DNA from: Bugula neritina | Taxonomy: Eukaryota; Animalia; Bryozoa | Length of the DNA: 64,000 nt | Direction of reading: 5' to 3' | Assembly (NCBI GenBank): GCA_964035545.1 | Contig: OZ037772.1 | Location: forward strand, 9,916,618-9,980,617 | In this document: positions 39,647 through 52,500 of the stretch, piece by piece | Numbering within the stretch: the first letter of the stretch is position 1 | How the letters are laid out: each line of letters starts with the position of its first letter | Translations under genes and position numbers: made by a program | Notes under the pieces: generated by a model | Database searches by the model: none | What the model saw: only the letters and a program-made list of their open reading frames with translations | What the model was told of the DNA's origin: nothing

Positions 39647-42600
39647 ATGCGGAACTTACAACTATACTGCTAGCACACCGTCATTGAGTGAAGCACTTAC
39701 AATGGATTTGTCTGTTTCCACAAAAAGACCACCGCCGAAGACAGACTCAGATTTAAAAGGTGATAAACTCTAATGCTTAATATTTACTGCATATTTACTT
39801 GAATTAATTTATAACAAGCTGCAAGTATTTTTTTGGGAATTTTTTATTTTCCCACTTGGTGCTTTTTATGCAATTTTTAAGTCCAGGATTTTAATCAAAT
39901 TTGTTTCCTGCATTTGTGCTAATATTTTACTCTTCTCGGTTTTCCCTGAGATGTTTGACATACTGCGCAAAGTGTCAGACAACAATGCTTTGGGTTCTAG
40001 AAAATGAATCATTGGTTGATGCACAAGTCACAGAAGTGCAACAACAGCATTGATTCACTGCTTAGAAAAATTAGCTAATTAGTTAATTGAGTAAAGTAGT
40101 TCTTAGTAAAATAGTTATAACTAGACCAGGTCATGTAATGGTAATCATAATTTTACATGTTATGCTTCTGTTTAGTAACTTGTAGTTTAGTAAATTCAAT
40201 GTGTTGTTATTTCAATTTAAATGTATAATTTGTAATATTATATTGACAGCACATGATGCTTTTGGTGCAGCGCTTCCTGTGGATTCATCTACTTCTGCAA
40301 AGAGACCAAAACTGCAGAGTAACTCGAGTATAGCAGGTGAGATAAGTTATTGCTTAGTATTTACACTCTCTGAATTATGAATTTTAAGTAAGAAACAAAG
40401 TGTGTCTTTTTCAGTATTTTCTACTGCCAATTGTCACTTATGTTATTAGCTTAAAGATCACTAATTCTATTTGACATAGAGACATATGTACTAGCTTTAG
40501 GAATACATATACTATAATAGATGATCAATAAATAAAAATGTTGAAGCATTGCGCAAAGCTAAATTATATGGAAACTTCGTGTTTTAAGAATTCTTGTCAT
40601 TTCATGTTATGTATTATATTATGCCTTTATAAAAAAGTGAAATACATTATACTGAATATAATTAGTACGTTTTTCAAGCTTGTTTTTTAATGTAAGATAA
40701 CAGAGAGCACTTTCAGATTCTATTCTCTAATAGTTAGACTTGTGATAACTATAACGAAATATCATTGCTTCAACAGTTGTTCAGCGTAATTTCTTCTGTA
40801 AAAGTATTGTGTACTAATACATTTTAAAACATTTTTGATGTGAGCAACCTTATGATTTTTTTTCTCATTTATCTCAGCTTTGTCCTGTTAGGGTAGCAGG
40901 AACAAATTCACGCAAGTTTATAGCCACTATCCCTGTGAGAAACTTATGATATAAGGGGTTTTTTGTTAGATCGGGCTAAGGACAATGGTTCATATGAGAC
41001 ACAGGAACAATTATGACTGGATTCTCTGCTTAACATCACCAATGGTAGTTGTTGGTATATATCGCAGCAAAAACAATTTCCATGTTAGCAGGTCTACATT
41101 TCTTTATAAGATCAGGTTTATTACAGAGAACTGCATGTACAGTGTTTACATTTTACTGTGTTAGTGTTTTCATTAAATAGATGGTTTGCATACTGAGCAA
41201 AGGTTGGTTTTTGTATCATATAGAACTTCCCGGTTGAAATTCACTGCATTTAACAAGTTTGCTGTATAAAATTATATTTAACGTTTTAGTACCACACAAC
41301 AAACTTCTGGGTTCTGGATCTTTTGGAGCAGTATATACTCATGTTGATTGGATTACTAAACAAGTTTGGGCAGTGAAAAAGGTTGACCTTGGCATGGTTG
41401 CCAGCTCCTCTTATCAAAAGGTGAAATTGTTCATATCAAATAAGTGGTTAAATAACATGAAAATACAAATCTGCTTTAATAGAGAATGTTTTATAACTGC
41501 CAGTAAACTGCAAATAATAATATTTATTATAAATCTTAATTGTGCACTCGAGTAAAGTTAGTCTTGAACGTACTCCGATATTTTAGCTGCTTATTAAATT
41601 GACTGAGTTGTAGTTAGAGATATTTCTGTTCTTCACAGCTAACTATAATGTTTATCTAAATTCTACATGTTTGGCATTCTATGGTTATTCTAAGAACTTA
41701 TTTCTAGAAAATTGATCATGCGATGAAGGAAGTGAAAATGATGGAGAAGTTGAAAAATCATCATAGAGTAGTCAGCTATATTAAACATGAGTTGGTTCCA
41801 CATAAGCTACATCCAGGTAGAGCTTATAATGCTTATAATATTTGAGATAGCCTTTCTACAGGTGTGATTACATAAAAAATAAACTCAATTACTTAATTCT
41901 GACAATTTGATAAAATGTATTGCTTTTTATGCTTAGTCACCACGTTTTGTGAAAATCTACTTTAAGCCATCTTGTTTACTTGTCTAAAACTTGCATACAC
42001 TTACAGATGGCTACTTGCTAATAAAACCTTCTAAAAAATTATTTAGATATTTGTGTGTGAGCGTGCGTGCGAGTGCGTGCGTGCGTGTGTGTGTGTGTAA
42101 CTAATACTACCGGTTTCATGTGCGTGAATTGCTTTTGACTGCAAATATGAAATGTGATCTTCACAGCCTTTTAAATTGGTTGAACTACTAGTTTTACCCT
42201 TTCTTTTATTTTTTAACCAATTATTATCTCTGCTCTGAAATGTCTGCCTGTTTTTTCACATATGTTAATGCTATTGTTTTATCAACATCTTCAATCTCTT
42301 GTGACAGAGATACAGGTTCTGTGTATATACATGGAGTACTTGCCTGGGGGCTCAGTGAGTAGTCGGTTAGATGCATCTGGTGCCTTCTCTGAAAAGGAAA
42401 CGAAGCGCTGCATGAGTCAGCTTCTGGAAGGTCTTTCTTATCTTCATAGCAGACGTCTGATACACAGAGATGTGAAAGGTGGTTAAATTATTATTTGTTC
42501 ATAGGCATCAAGGTGTTGTAATTGTTTACTGTATACATCTACTAATTTTTTTTTTTATTTGTCAATAATATTGTTTACATCTTTTTTCAGGGTCAAATGT

Positions 42601-45600
42601 TTTATTCGATGCTAATGACAACCTCAAACTGGCAGATTTTGGTGTATCAAAACAGTTGAATGAACTATCTACATTCTCAGCTCGTACGAACACCGGCCAA
42701 ATAGGAACTGCTAAATGGATGGCGCCAGAGGTCGTTGCTGATGAAAAATACAGTAGAAAAGCAGATGTTTGGTTTGTGTTTGTTTTAAAACAGACAGGTG
42801 CCCTACAAAACCTCAGAAGTTGTCAGCATTAATTACATAATTGAACTGAAACACATTATGCATAAGAGTTTAAACAGATAACACACATATTGTAACGTCT
42901 TATTGAGATGGTCCGTATTCTATAGAGTTCGGAAACATCAAACAAACTGATCAAACATTTATTGAACAGCTTTAGCTAGTTATAGAATTGTTTTTCACTA
43001 TTAAAATGGTTTTAAAGTAAAAATATTATAGTCTCAAGTTAATCAGTCTTTTATTAGATCAGCAAGTCACTCTAACATTAGGTTTATCTGGAGTGCTTTG
43101 CAAGTATTTTTAGTATTTTTTAGCATATTTCTTAAGCTAACATTAATTGTAGGAGTGCAGGAGCTACAATGGTAGAAATGCTCACAAAAAACCCGCCGTG
43201 GCCCAAATTGAAATCAGTTCAATGGACATTTAAGATTAATCAAAAGCAAAAGCCAGAATATACTCTGCCCCCATCAACTAGCCAGACAGCCCGGAACCTT
43301 CTAACTGACATATTCAACTATGATGAGAAGGCTCGACCCACTTCAGAGCAGTTGCTGGCCCATCTCTGGTTCAAGACACTAGATGATGGTAAGCTGGTAC
43401 AATCTAGCAAATACTGTTGTTGCTATAAATAGTATCATTTCAGATGCAGCATATCAAGTGTGAAGTCTCTTTCTACATGTAGTATGCAAGTACCGCTGAA
43501 ACTGCCCGTTTTGTTGTAACCTGTAACCCTCTGTAAGTTCAACTTCAACCTGTCCGTAACTGGTCTGGTAGTATAGTACTGGATAAGGGCTTACTCCACT
43601 CTGATAATATTAATTTAGTGCTGCAAATATTTAAACTTCTCTATATTTATAACATAAAAATCATGTAGCTAAAGCGTTTTCACTATAATAGGTTTGTAAC
43701 ACTTTTATGGACTTTCCCCATGTATCGTGGCACCAGAAATAGTTGCATGCTTCATTAAAACTTAGACCTATAACTCAACCAGCCATATTACAGGTCAATT
43801 AAAAAAGCTTGTGTAAGTTGTGCTGCAACGTCTCAAAATAAGCCTAGCCTATCAGATTGTAGAACAAAAATGTAAAAAGTTATTTTATTTCAATGCTAAG
43901 AGCTGCAGCACAAGTGGTAAACCAACACTTTGCAGTTGCTATCCTTTGTTTAATTATTATAATTAGTAATTACTGATTGCCTATTTTCAATATATTTTTT
44001 TGTTGAACTTATGCCGTGCTATAAATTGTTCATATTTATAGCAAATGTGTTGCATCGGCTTGTCTGCATTGTTGTAGGTTATTCTGGTACTTTGAATAAT
44101 TAATTCATTGTAATTATACTAGTCAAATGTGATTATCACATATAATATATCTATATCTGAAGTGTTGTGGTGATATGTTCCATCAATTTACTGAAGAAAA
44201 ATTTCAATAATTAGAAGCTTTCAATTATTGGTTATTCGTGTAGGTCTTTCAGTTATACACAATTGATCCAGCCTATACAGTTTCGTGCAGCTGTGTGTAT
44301 ACTGCTTGATATGCCTGCTTCTTTGATAGCCTTTGTGTTCTTTGCAACCTGTAGTCTATGTTATGTCTCTTTTTAGTGTGTTCAGTTCAGTTAGTTGTGC
44401 TAAAATTCTGGTCTGTTTCAACAGTCTATAATTCATCGTTGTTCATTTTTTCCATGGCATCTCGTTTCTACTATTTTGAATAAGTGTATCCATAGCTAAG
44501 ATATATACATTATTCTGTATTTTGGTAGCATATGATAAACCCTCTACTTCAATCATTAGATCAGGTCCATTTCAAGATTTTTGAGTACAGTCTTTATAAT
44601 AATGTTGTCAAATCTGGCAAGTGCTCACAAAGTAAAATTAAAATACTTGTATGTTACAAAAGGAAATGGTCACTAAAACTAGCATAAGCTCTTACAACTC
44701 TAATCCTCACCAGCAGTTTTGTATATTGGAATGCAGCGTTTAATAAGCAGGCTTATTGACAGTAAAGCACCTACTATTACATCTCCCCTCATGCTTTCAT
44801 TACACAATGACTGAAAGACTTTGCTTTGAATAAAGCCCCAAGGTGAATGGGGATGTACATAGGACCACTTTTATACTCCTATATAATTTTCTTACTACTA
44901 AACCATGCAACTCATTGTAATTCTTCATATATTACTCTTATTAATATATAGACCTGAAGGTGGAGATGGAGAAGGAACCTGTAGCTGAAGGCAGTGCAAG
45001 TATCTCCTCTGAACGAAGATCACCCCTTATAGCAATAGAACCAATAGAGACTGTATCTATTAGAGAACTCGTGTATTCTGTCCATATTTGTAATGGCATT
45101 ACATATGTTGGAGGTAACAATGGTGTAAAGAGAGTCAACAGAAGTTATGAAGTAGCTGAGAACTTTCTTTTTCGTATTGAGGCCGGCTCTGTGAGTAGTA
45201 TCTCAGTACATAATGATAGGATATATACTCTGTCTACTGGCTATACTGTGAGAGTTCATGACCTTGAAGGGAGGTCCATTACCAGCTGGACTCATACAGA
45301 TAAATCAAAGTGGACAAGTCAGCTTGTCATCATAAACAATCAGATAGCTATTCCTGATTGGCTAAATAAGACTCTAGTATTCTTCTCTCTGAATGGGGAG
45401 GTAGTAAACACTTTACCCTGTCCTCTACTCACTGATGTTTCTGTACGTCTGTCTGCTGCAGATAATAACTCAGTTATTATATCTCAGTATCACTCATCTC
45501 TAGTATACAAAGTAGACACCTCATCAGGTGACATTATCTGGCAGTGTAAGGATGTGGCTAAACCTAGTGGAGTGACCTGCTATAGAGATGAGTTTGTACT

Positions 45601-45994
45601 TGTGGCTGATGGTACTAAACCTACCACACTCTGTGTACTATCATTACATACAGGTTAGTTGTCTTGATATGCATGCAGTTGCATATGTTCGCCATGGTTA
45701 TTAGTATATTATATGAAAACTAAAATCTAACATATACAACACATACAGAGAGTGGCCCTATTGAACCATGATTCCTACTGCATGTTAACTGCATTATTTT
45801 ATATACCAGTAAATATTATTTTGACTTATACATATAGCCAACAGTAGTCATGTGATTGTTACGCAGGGCAACTTCTACACAGAATACCTTTCGAAGATTC
45901 CCGTGCTATCATACCAGATCTACACACAGCTGGTTCTACTTTGGTGGTTGCCGGATCATGGATGCGCCAAGTAAAATTCTATAGAATAAAGTGA
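39647..45994 (+). CDS. MAP3K/STE11-type Ser/Thr kinase fused to a C-terminal NHL-like beta-propeller, gene A (intact)
   Basis: Exons 39647-39759 (possible ATG at 39702), 40250-40336, 41290-41420 (LGSGSFGAVY...AVKK), 41708-41816, 42308-42478 (MEYLPGGS...HRDVK), 42591-42771 (GSNVL...KLADFG...GTAKWMAPEV...ADVW), 43153-43388 (SAGATMVEMLTKNPPW...RPT...LL.HLWF), 44952-45653 (beta-strand-rich blades, e.g. KPSGVTCYRDEFVLVAD) and 45867-45994 (stop TGA). All splice phases are compatible, including phase 1 between kinase and propeller. The start codon is uncertain. Confidence 0.88.
40912..41047 (-). mobile_element. SINE family A copy, 5'-truncated, minus strand
   Basis: Reverse complement contains CCATTGGTGATGTTAAGCAGAGAATCCAGTCATAATTG...CTCACAGGGATAGTGGCTATAAACTTG. 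Confidence 0.7.
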
Positions 45995-47850
45995 AGGTAA
46001 ACTTACAATTTGTGTAAAGAAATAATATGCTGCTATATCTGTTGCTAAAATTGCAAACCATAATTATTATCTATTTGAATTGCTATTTTACTCTTTAAGT
46101 ATATTTGTTTGACTTTTCTCAGCGAGTTTTGTTGAGCTTCTAGCTTAGAGGTATGTTCACTCAACATATATTCAGTTTCAACAGTTTGCATATTTTGCAT
46201 TGTTTGCAAGGTGTTGTAGAACTATCACCTTGACAAGTACAAGGATATATTTATAAATGAAGCTGTGAATTTCAACTCACTAATAATTTTGTCAGATTTT
46301 ACTTTTTACGCAATATTCAATACTCAATATCCAATACTCAATATTTATTATTCAATATTCAATATTCGATCAATACTCATTATTCAATATCTACTTATAC
46401 TCAATATTTAATACAAAGTATCTCTAAAAGTTTATTTGGTGCTCACTATTTGTAACTCCTATTTCGTTCTGTTTTAGAACTGGGTGACTATAGGAGTTCT
46501 GTTCGAGAGTAAAACTATTTGTTTGTCGGCTCGAAGTTGTCTCCCTATTCACTTTCAGATGCAGACAACTTCTATGAAATTCCACATTAACTCTCTTTCC
46601 CTCGTTTTCATTCTTTTAAATTTTAAAATTTCTAAACTTCATAGATATAATATCTTTACATTGACTTTGTGTAACGCAACAAATTTTTATCACGTATGTC
46701 TTCTAGTAGCTGTTGGATCTTTGATATGTTTATGTTATATCATCGTAAACTAATATTTGTGTGATTATTAAATCCTTAGTGTTTTTATGAATGAAATTCA
46801 TAACATTTTTCTATTCTCATCAATAAATACTATAATATTTTATTCTTTTTTATTTAGAACCATGCGTATTTTAATTTTTAACTTCTGTTTAATGCATTAT
46901 CATTTGTATATATTGTTTAACATTGACATGCAGTAACTGTTACTTGTTGGAGTTGAGTTTCAAATAAATACTATTTCATTTATAATTATTTTGATTATAA
47001 TTCTGTATTTCATCATTTGTACATCTTATATAGCAAATTTAATATACTCACATTGCTGCTATTTATTGAAATTACTAACATTCAACTGAATCTCATTTAT
47101 GTGTGCATGAAGGTGCATATTATATAATGTTCTACTCTAAATTACTGCTAAATTTTAACGCCCTTATGCTGTTGAGTACAATTCAAATCTCTTTACCATA
47201 TTATGATGAATCACCACTTACAGTATATAGATGAAAATATTATAAAAAAATTAAAATACTTCAGTGCAGCTCATTGCAATGGTTTACAGAATATATAGTC
47301 TTAGCATAAACAAATAATTTGTGTTCAATATATACTGTTGAGTTTGTGAAATGAGATGTTATATCTCCGAATTCTTGTAATAGCTACACTCCTCCAAGAC
47401 AGGCTAGGGTTATTAATTTACAGATTTGAAAGTGAGCACACAACTCCTGTTGTCTGTTGGTCATTCATTAAAAGTTGCGTTCTCATTTCAATCATTGTTT
47501 ATGAGCAGACAATTCATATATGATAGATAATAAAACAGCTCACAGTTGGGCAATATTTTCTAACCTACTTTTTTAATAATTGCTGCATCAACTACATTAT
47601 ACCACAAAGCTCCTGTTACAAACAGACATTCTGTTCAAATTAAATATCAATTATAAAGATTTATCAAAGACAATTTTATCTGTCTGATTTAATAGAATTG
47701 CTCCCCTTGCTACAGCTATAATATAGAAATAGGCAGTTTTAACTAGATTTTGTGTTGATGGAAATAAATATATTGCAGGCATTATTTTAGCTTTTTGAGC
47801 TTTCCATCTAAATTAAGGGCTGTTGTTACTTTGTGATTTCAAAAGGCATA

Positions 47851-48267
47851 TGGGTCATTTTACTTAATTTAGTGCATGCTGAAATCTCCAGTTTTTAGCT
47901 ATTTTTCACAATTTAAATGGTAATGAGCATGGATCTTTGCCCAAAACTAGTAAAACACCAATAAATACACCAAAATAATCACGGTTCTTCTTAATTTTGC
48001 ATCATTTCCCATTTTTTTTCTTATTTATTTATCAGGAGTGCTGACCGTTACGAAAAAACTGTAACGGTATGTAACCAAAAGTAGCCGAAAAATTAGGAAA
48101 AAACATGGGAAATGAACCAAAATTAAAAAAAAGTTTAATCATTTAGGTGTAATTATTGGTGTTTTATTAGTTTTGATCAAAAACCTATGTTCATTAGCAG
48201 TTAAATGGTGAAAAATAGCTAAAAACTAAAGATATCCAGTGTGTACTAAATTAAGTAAAATGACCCA
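47851..48267. mobile_element. palindromic MITE (~417 bp) with TA flanks, Tc1/mariner-like
   Basis: TGGGTCATTTTACTTAATTTAGT...ACTAAATTAAGTAAAATGACCCA; arms stay complementary far inward; TA on both sides. Related fragment at ~7925-8000. Confidence 0.82.
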
Positions 48268-49592
48268 TATTGAAATAAAAAAGAGAAAGAAAAGACACGC
48301 AACCAAATTTGATTGTATAAAATATTAATATGCTGAATTTGCTTATATGCAACATGCAAAATATAAAAAGCATTAGTCTTATAATATTGACGTATATATG
48401 GTACAGTTTAGTATAATATGTTATAGGCTAAAGTCTAATCTTTACAGCTTGTATATAGTTGTAGGTATAACTGTAAAAACTATAGACATCTATAGTTTAG
48501 AAACTAATAAGCATAATAAGTCTGAACACAGTTTTAATCACAAACTATAATATATTTTATTTTATTTTTTTTTGTACGTATATAAAACTATGCAACTGAT
48601 GAAAGCTAAAAACAAACCTTGTTATATAATAGTGGCATCAAACAAGTAAAAAATATGGTGAAAATGAAAAGCATATTATTTTAAAATTTTACAACATTTA
48701 GCTACATTTCATGTTATGTAATACTGTGGCATTCTAAAATAATTGAAAATGCAATAAAAAATTGAGTAACCATATAAAAAAATTGATCGACAAAAAAAGC
48801 TTAAAGATAACAATATCACAGGCAAGAAAAATACAAAAAAATTAAAATAAAGTTTTCAGCAACAAAGTAAATAATATAAGCATTTTATCTTACATTTGAA
48901 TGGGCGGAATACATTATTGGAGCTGTTATAACTATGCTGTAACTCATCACACTCAACTGCTACAAACAGCTAAGCTAAGCAAACTATTTTCATAAGATAT
49001 TTAGATTTGATACATTAAAACTGTCATATGCTATAACCTAACCAATCAGATGGCATCTAAATTCTGCTTTCAGGAAAATAATATTTGCCTTTAACTTAAA
49101 TATATAAAGGCTATGTGTACCTTTTCATAGGCATCAAGTTTTATGTGCTGCCATCAATCAGGTTTTTTTTTACAAAGTATTTACAATCCTGTTGCTAAGC
49201 AACAAAAACAAGCTGTTGGCATACATGTTTAAAAGAGCTGAATAGTGTAATTTAATAAACTAGATAACTGTGATACCCAACACAGCTGGCATTATGACTG
49301 AGACAAACAAACAGGTGATGTACAATACTTGATAATCAAAATTTCATATATGCTAAAACCTTATCGATCAGATCCTACTTGCATGGCAGAGCATCCCAAG
49401 CTTTTCACAAAGCAGAAAGAAGTTTATAACAAGTCCTCAGCCAGATGAGAACTATCATTGATTGTGTAGAAAAATGAGATGACTGGTTAATAAGAAATAT
49501 TAGAAATGATTTACTCTCAACAGGTTTAGACTTGTCTGATATCAAAATAATGCTGCAGTCCGGCAGATGCTTCATCCTCCCCCACAGCTAGT

Positions 49593-52500
49593 CTAGTTTA
49601 TTTCATAGACTTCAACAGTTTGACTCCAGTATCTGGCCATCACCAGAGTGGAGTCTATGATACTCAGACTGTGTACGTAGCCATCTCCTCCTATTGATAT
49701 TCTAGATAGCACCTGTCCTGTAGAAAGCAATTTTAATTCTGTCAGTCCAAGTTATTTATTTTACCACCAAATTTATTCATGATAAAGATGATTGCATTAC
49801 TACAATCATATTAAATGACGATGCTAACTTGCATGTTTGCCTTATTACATTTTTTATTGTAATGATATAAAAAGCTTTTAATTTTTAAAATGTATATCTG
49901 TAAACAGATCATTTTCAATGAACATGGATACATAAAATTATCGTCTCGCTTTTACCTCTATAGTTGCCTCCATAAACAGAGATTGTTAATTACTGAGTGC
50001 TTCTAATTAAAAAAACAGTTTTAGTTAATGTGAGCAAACCATAAGAGAAAAAATACTAGACCAAATTTTAAAACTCGCCCCCTTCATCATACTTTAGAAC
50101 TTTTGCAGCAATGAGCTACAAGTAATAATTATTTATAGCGTTGTTTAGCTGCAAAGTTTTAATAATTGAATAATATATATTTTAGTATAATATGCAAACT
50201 CTGCATGTTACAATATCAAAGCAACACTGACCTGTATCTAAGGATAGGACGCAGAGCTGGTGTGAGGAGCTGTTATTCTCAATTACAAAGACAAACATAT
50301 CTTTATAACAAGTCATTCCAATTGGGTTTATCAGCTCTCTACATTTCCAGGCAATTTTACCATTTGACAGTCCAAGCTTGATTATGAGAGTTGAGCTTTC
50401 CTGAGATATGATGACAGAATTACTATCAGCTATGCATATTCGGGTTTGAAGTTCTTTAAGAAAAACACAGGGCAAAGTTTTTTTTACCTCTCCATTCAGA
50501 GAGTAGAATACTAGTGTTAGATTGGATCTGTCTGGAATAATTACTCGATCTTTAGTGATCACAAGTTGATTCAGCCAACGTAGTTTATCACTGTGCGACC
50601 AACTGTCTATTAAGTCACCTTGAAGATTGTACACATTAACAAGTGATCCGATATGCAAGATGTAGATTTGATCATTATATACAAAAACACTGCTAATCCT
50701 GTTTAGTGGAGTCAGGATAAAAGGAGAGGGTTGTGCTATCTGTCTTGTACAAAGGGCTATTTTGTAAATATTTCTTTCACATCCGACATACACACTACTC
50801 TCGTATGTGTTAACAGATATGCAGCCTGCTGAAAACCGTATGCCATGGATGAAATCTATGGTGTTGGGGTGTGAACAAGAGGTCAAAGGTTGAAGGTCAG
50901 CTTCGGCTCCTATTTGAAAAAATGAAAATAATAAAAATGTGTAAATTATTCAAAAATCTTGAAATATTGACGGAACTTCCAGCTTTCAAAATCAACCTAG
51001 CTCTAGCAAATATGATGCATTGGTTATGTAATATTACATTCCGTCATTTAAATTTTTTTGTAAATTAAATGCTTTGAATATCAAATATGTTTTTCTTTTT
51101 GATTATGTAATTAACTTTAAAGGACAGGCTTGAACACAAATCAGCATAACTCAATGAGCTTTATCATTTCAATATCCGGCTTTTTGATATCAGATATTAA
51201 TGGTAATTTTTCAGAAAATGATGGAAATTACAACAAAATAGGTTTGAAAACTAAATATTGGCATTCGGTTCACTTAATTTTAGAACTTTAATATTTAATT
51301 CTATTTTATTAGATGGGTATAAAAAAACTTAAGACATGACAACTCTTACCGTAAGCAGTCTCAGTACTTCCTGTATGAAACCAGGGATGTTTGAGCAACA
51401 TGCCAGCTGTGGGTCTTCTATACTGATTGTAGTTAAACGTGCTACTAAGAAAATGTCTTGGAGCTTCACTTATTTCAGACTGAAGCTTGTAATCAGGGGG
51501 TGCTTTTTGGCTAATTTTAAAAACCCACTGTTCCACATTGTACTCTGACCATGGTGGGTGCCGGCTAAGCATTTCTACCATTGTAGAACCCGTGCTCCTG
51601 TATAGCGAGACATAACATGAAGATATTGTAGTGCTTACATATAAATGTACAATTGGCAATTTATATAATTTTCAGCAGCTTCAATTACGCTACAATATCG
51701 GACTGTGCAAAATAGAAATTAAAACATTTTTCATTACAATGAGTAGTGCTGAAACACTTTAAAAAGTATATAATGATAAAAAGATGCAACCTGAGCTCAT
51801 AAAAGAAAATAATAAGAATATTTTTATATAAATGGAAATTGGTGGTTGTCCTGTGAATGGTTATGGTATGAATGGTTATGGTATGAATGGTTAAATGGTA
51901 TGCGTGGTTATGGTATGAATAGTTATGGTATGAATGATTATGGTATGAATGGTTATATTGTATGAATAGCTATATGGTAGGAATGGTTGTATGGTATGAA
52001 TGGCTATGATATGAATGGTTATGGTATGAATGGTTATATGGTTCGAGTGGTTATGGTATAAATGTTTATATGGTTTGAGTGGTTAAGGTATGAATGGTTG
52101 TGGTATGAATGGCTATGATATGAATGGTTATATGGTTTGAGTGGTTATGGTATGAATGGTTATGATAATACCTTCATAGTACTGCATCACCACCAGGCTA
52201 GGCTAGTTGGTAATTTATGCAAAAATAGTTTAAAATCAGAACATATAATGAAAATTAGACAGTTGATTAGTAGACAATTATGTTGAACATGTATCTAACC
52301 ATATATCAGCCTTTCTACCATATTTTTCACAAGCAACGACTTCTGGAGCCATTCATTTATCCGTTCCAACTTCTCCAGTATTTGTACCAACTATTGTACT
52401 TGAAAATGTAGAGAGTTTTTCCAAATGTTTCGATACGCCAAAGTCTGAAATCTTTATGTCTCCATTTCTAGCTAACAGGATATTTGAACCTGCAATAATA

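Noticed and set aside
46484-46753. 89-aa ORF and other short AT-rich ORFs (e.g. 23738, 39142, 57284)
   Set aside because: No motifs, no splice-compatible partners, and composition typical of non-coding AT-rich DNA.
52353-52355. Selenocysteine or programmed read-through at the TGA in kinase B
   Set aside because: The position is a conserved Trp (TGG) in paralogues, not Cys; no SECIS was recognised; a single G>A change explains it.
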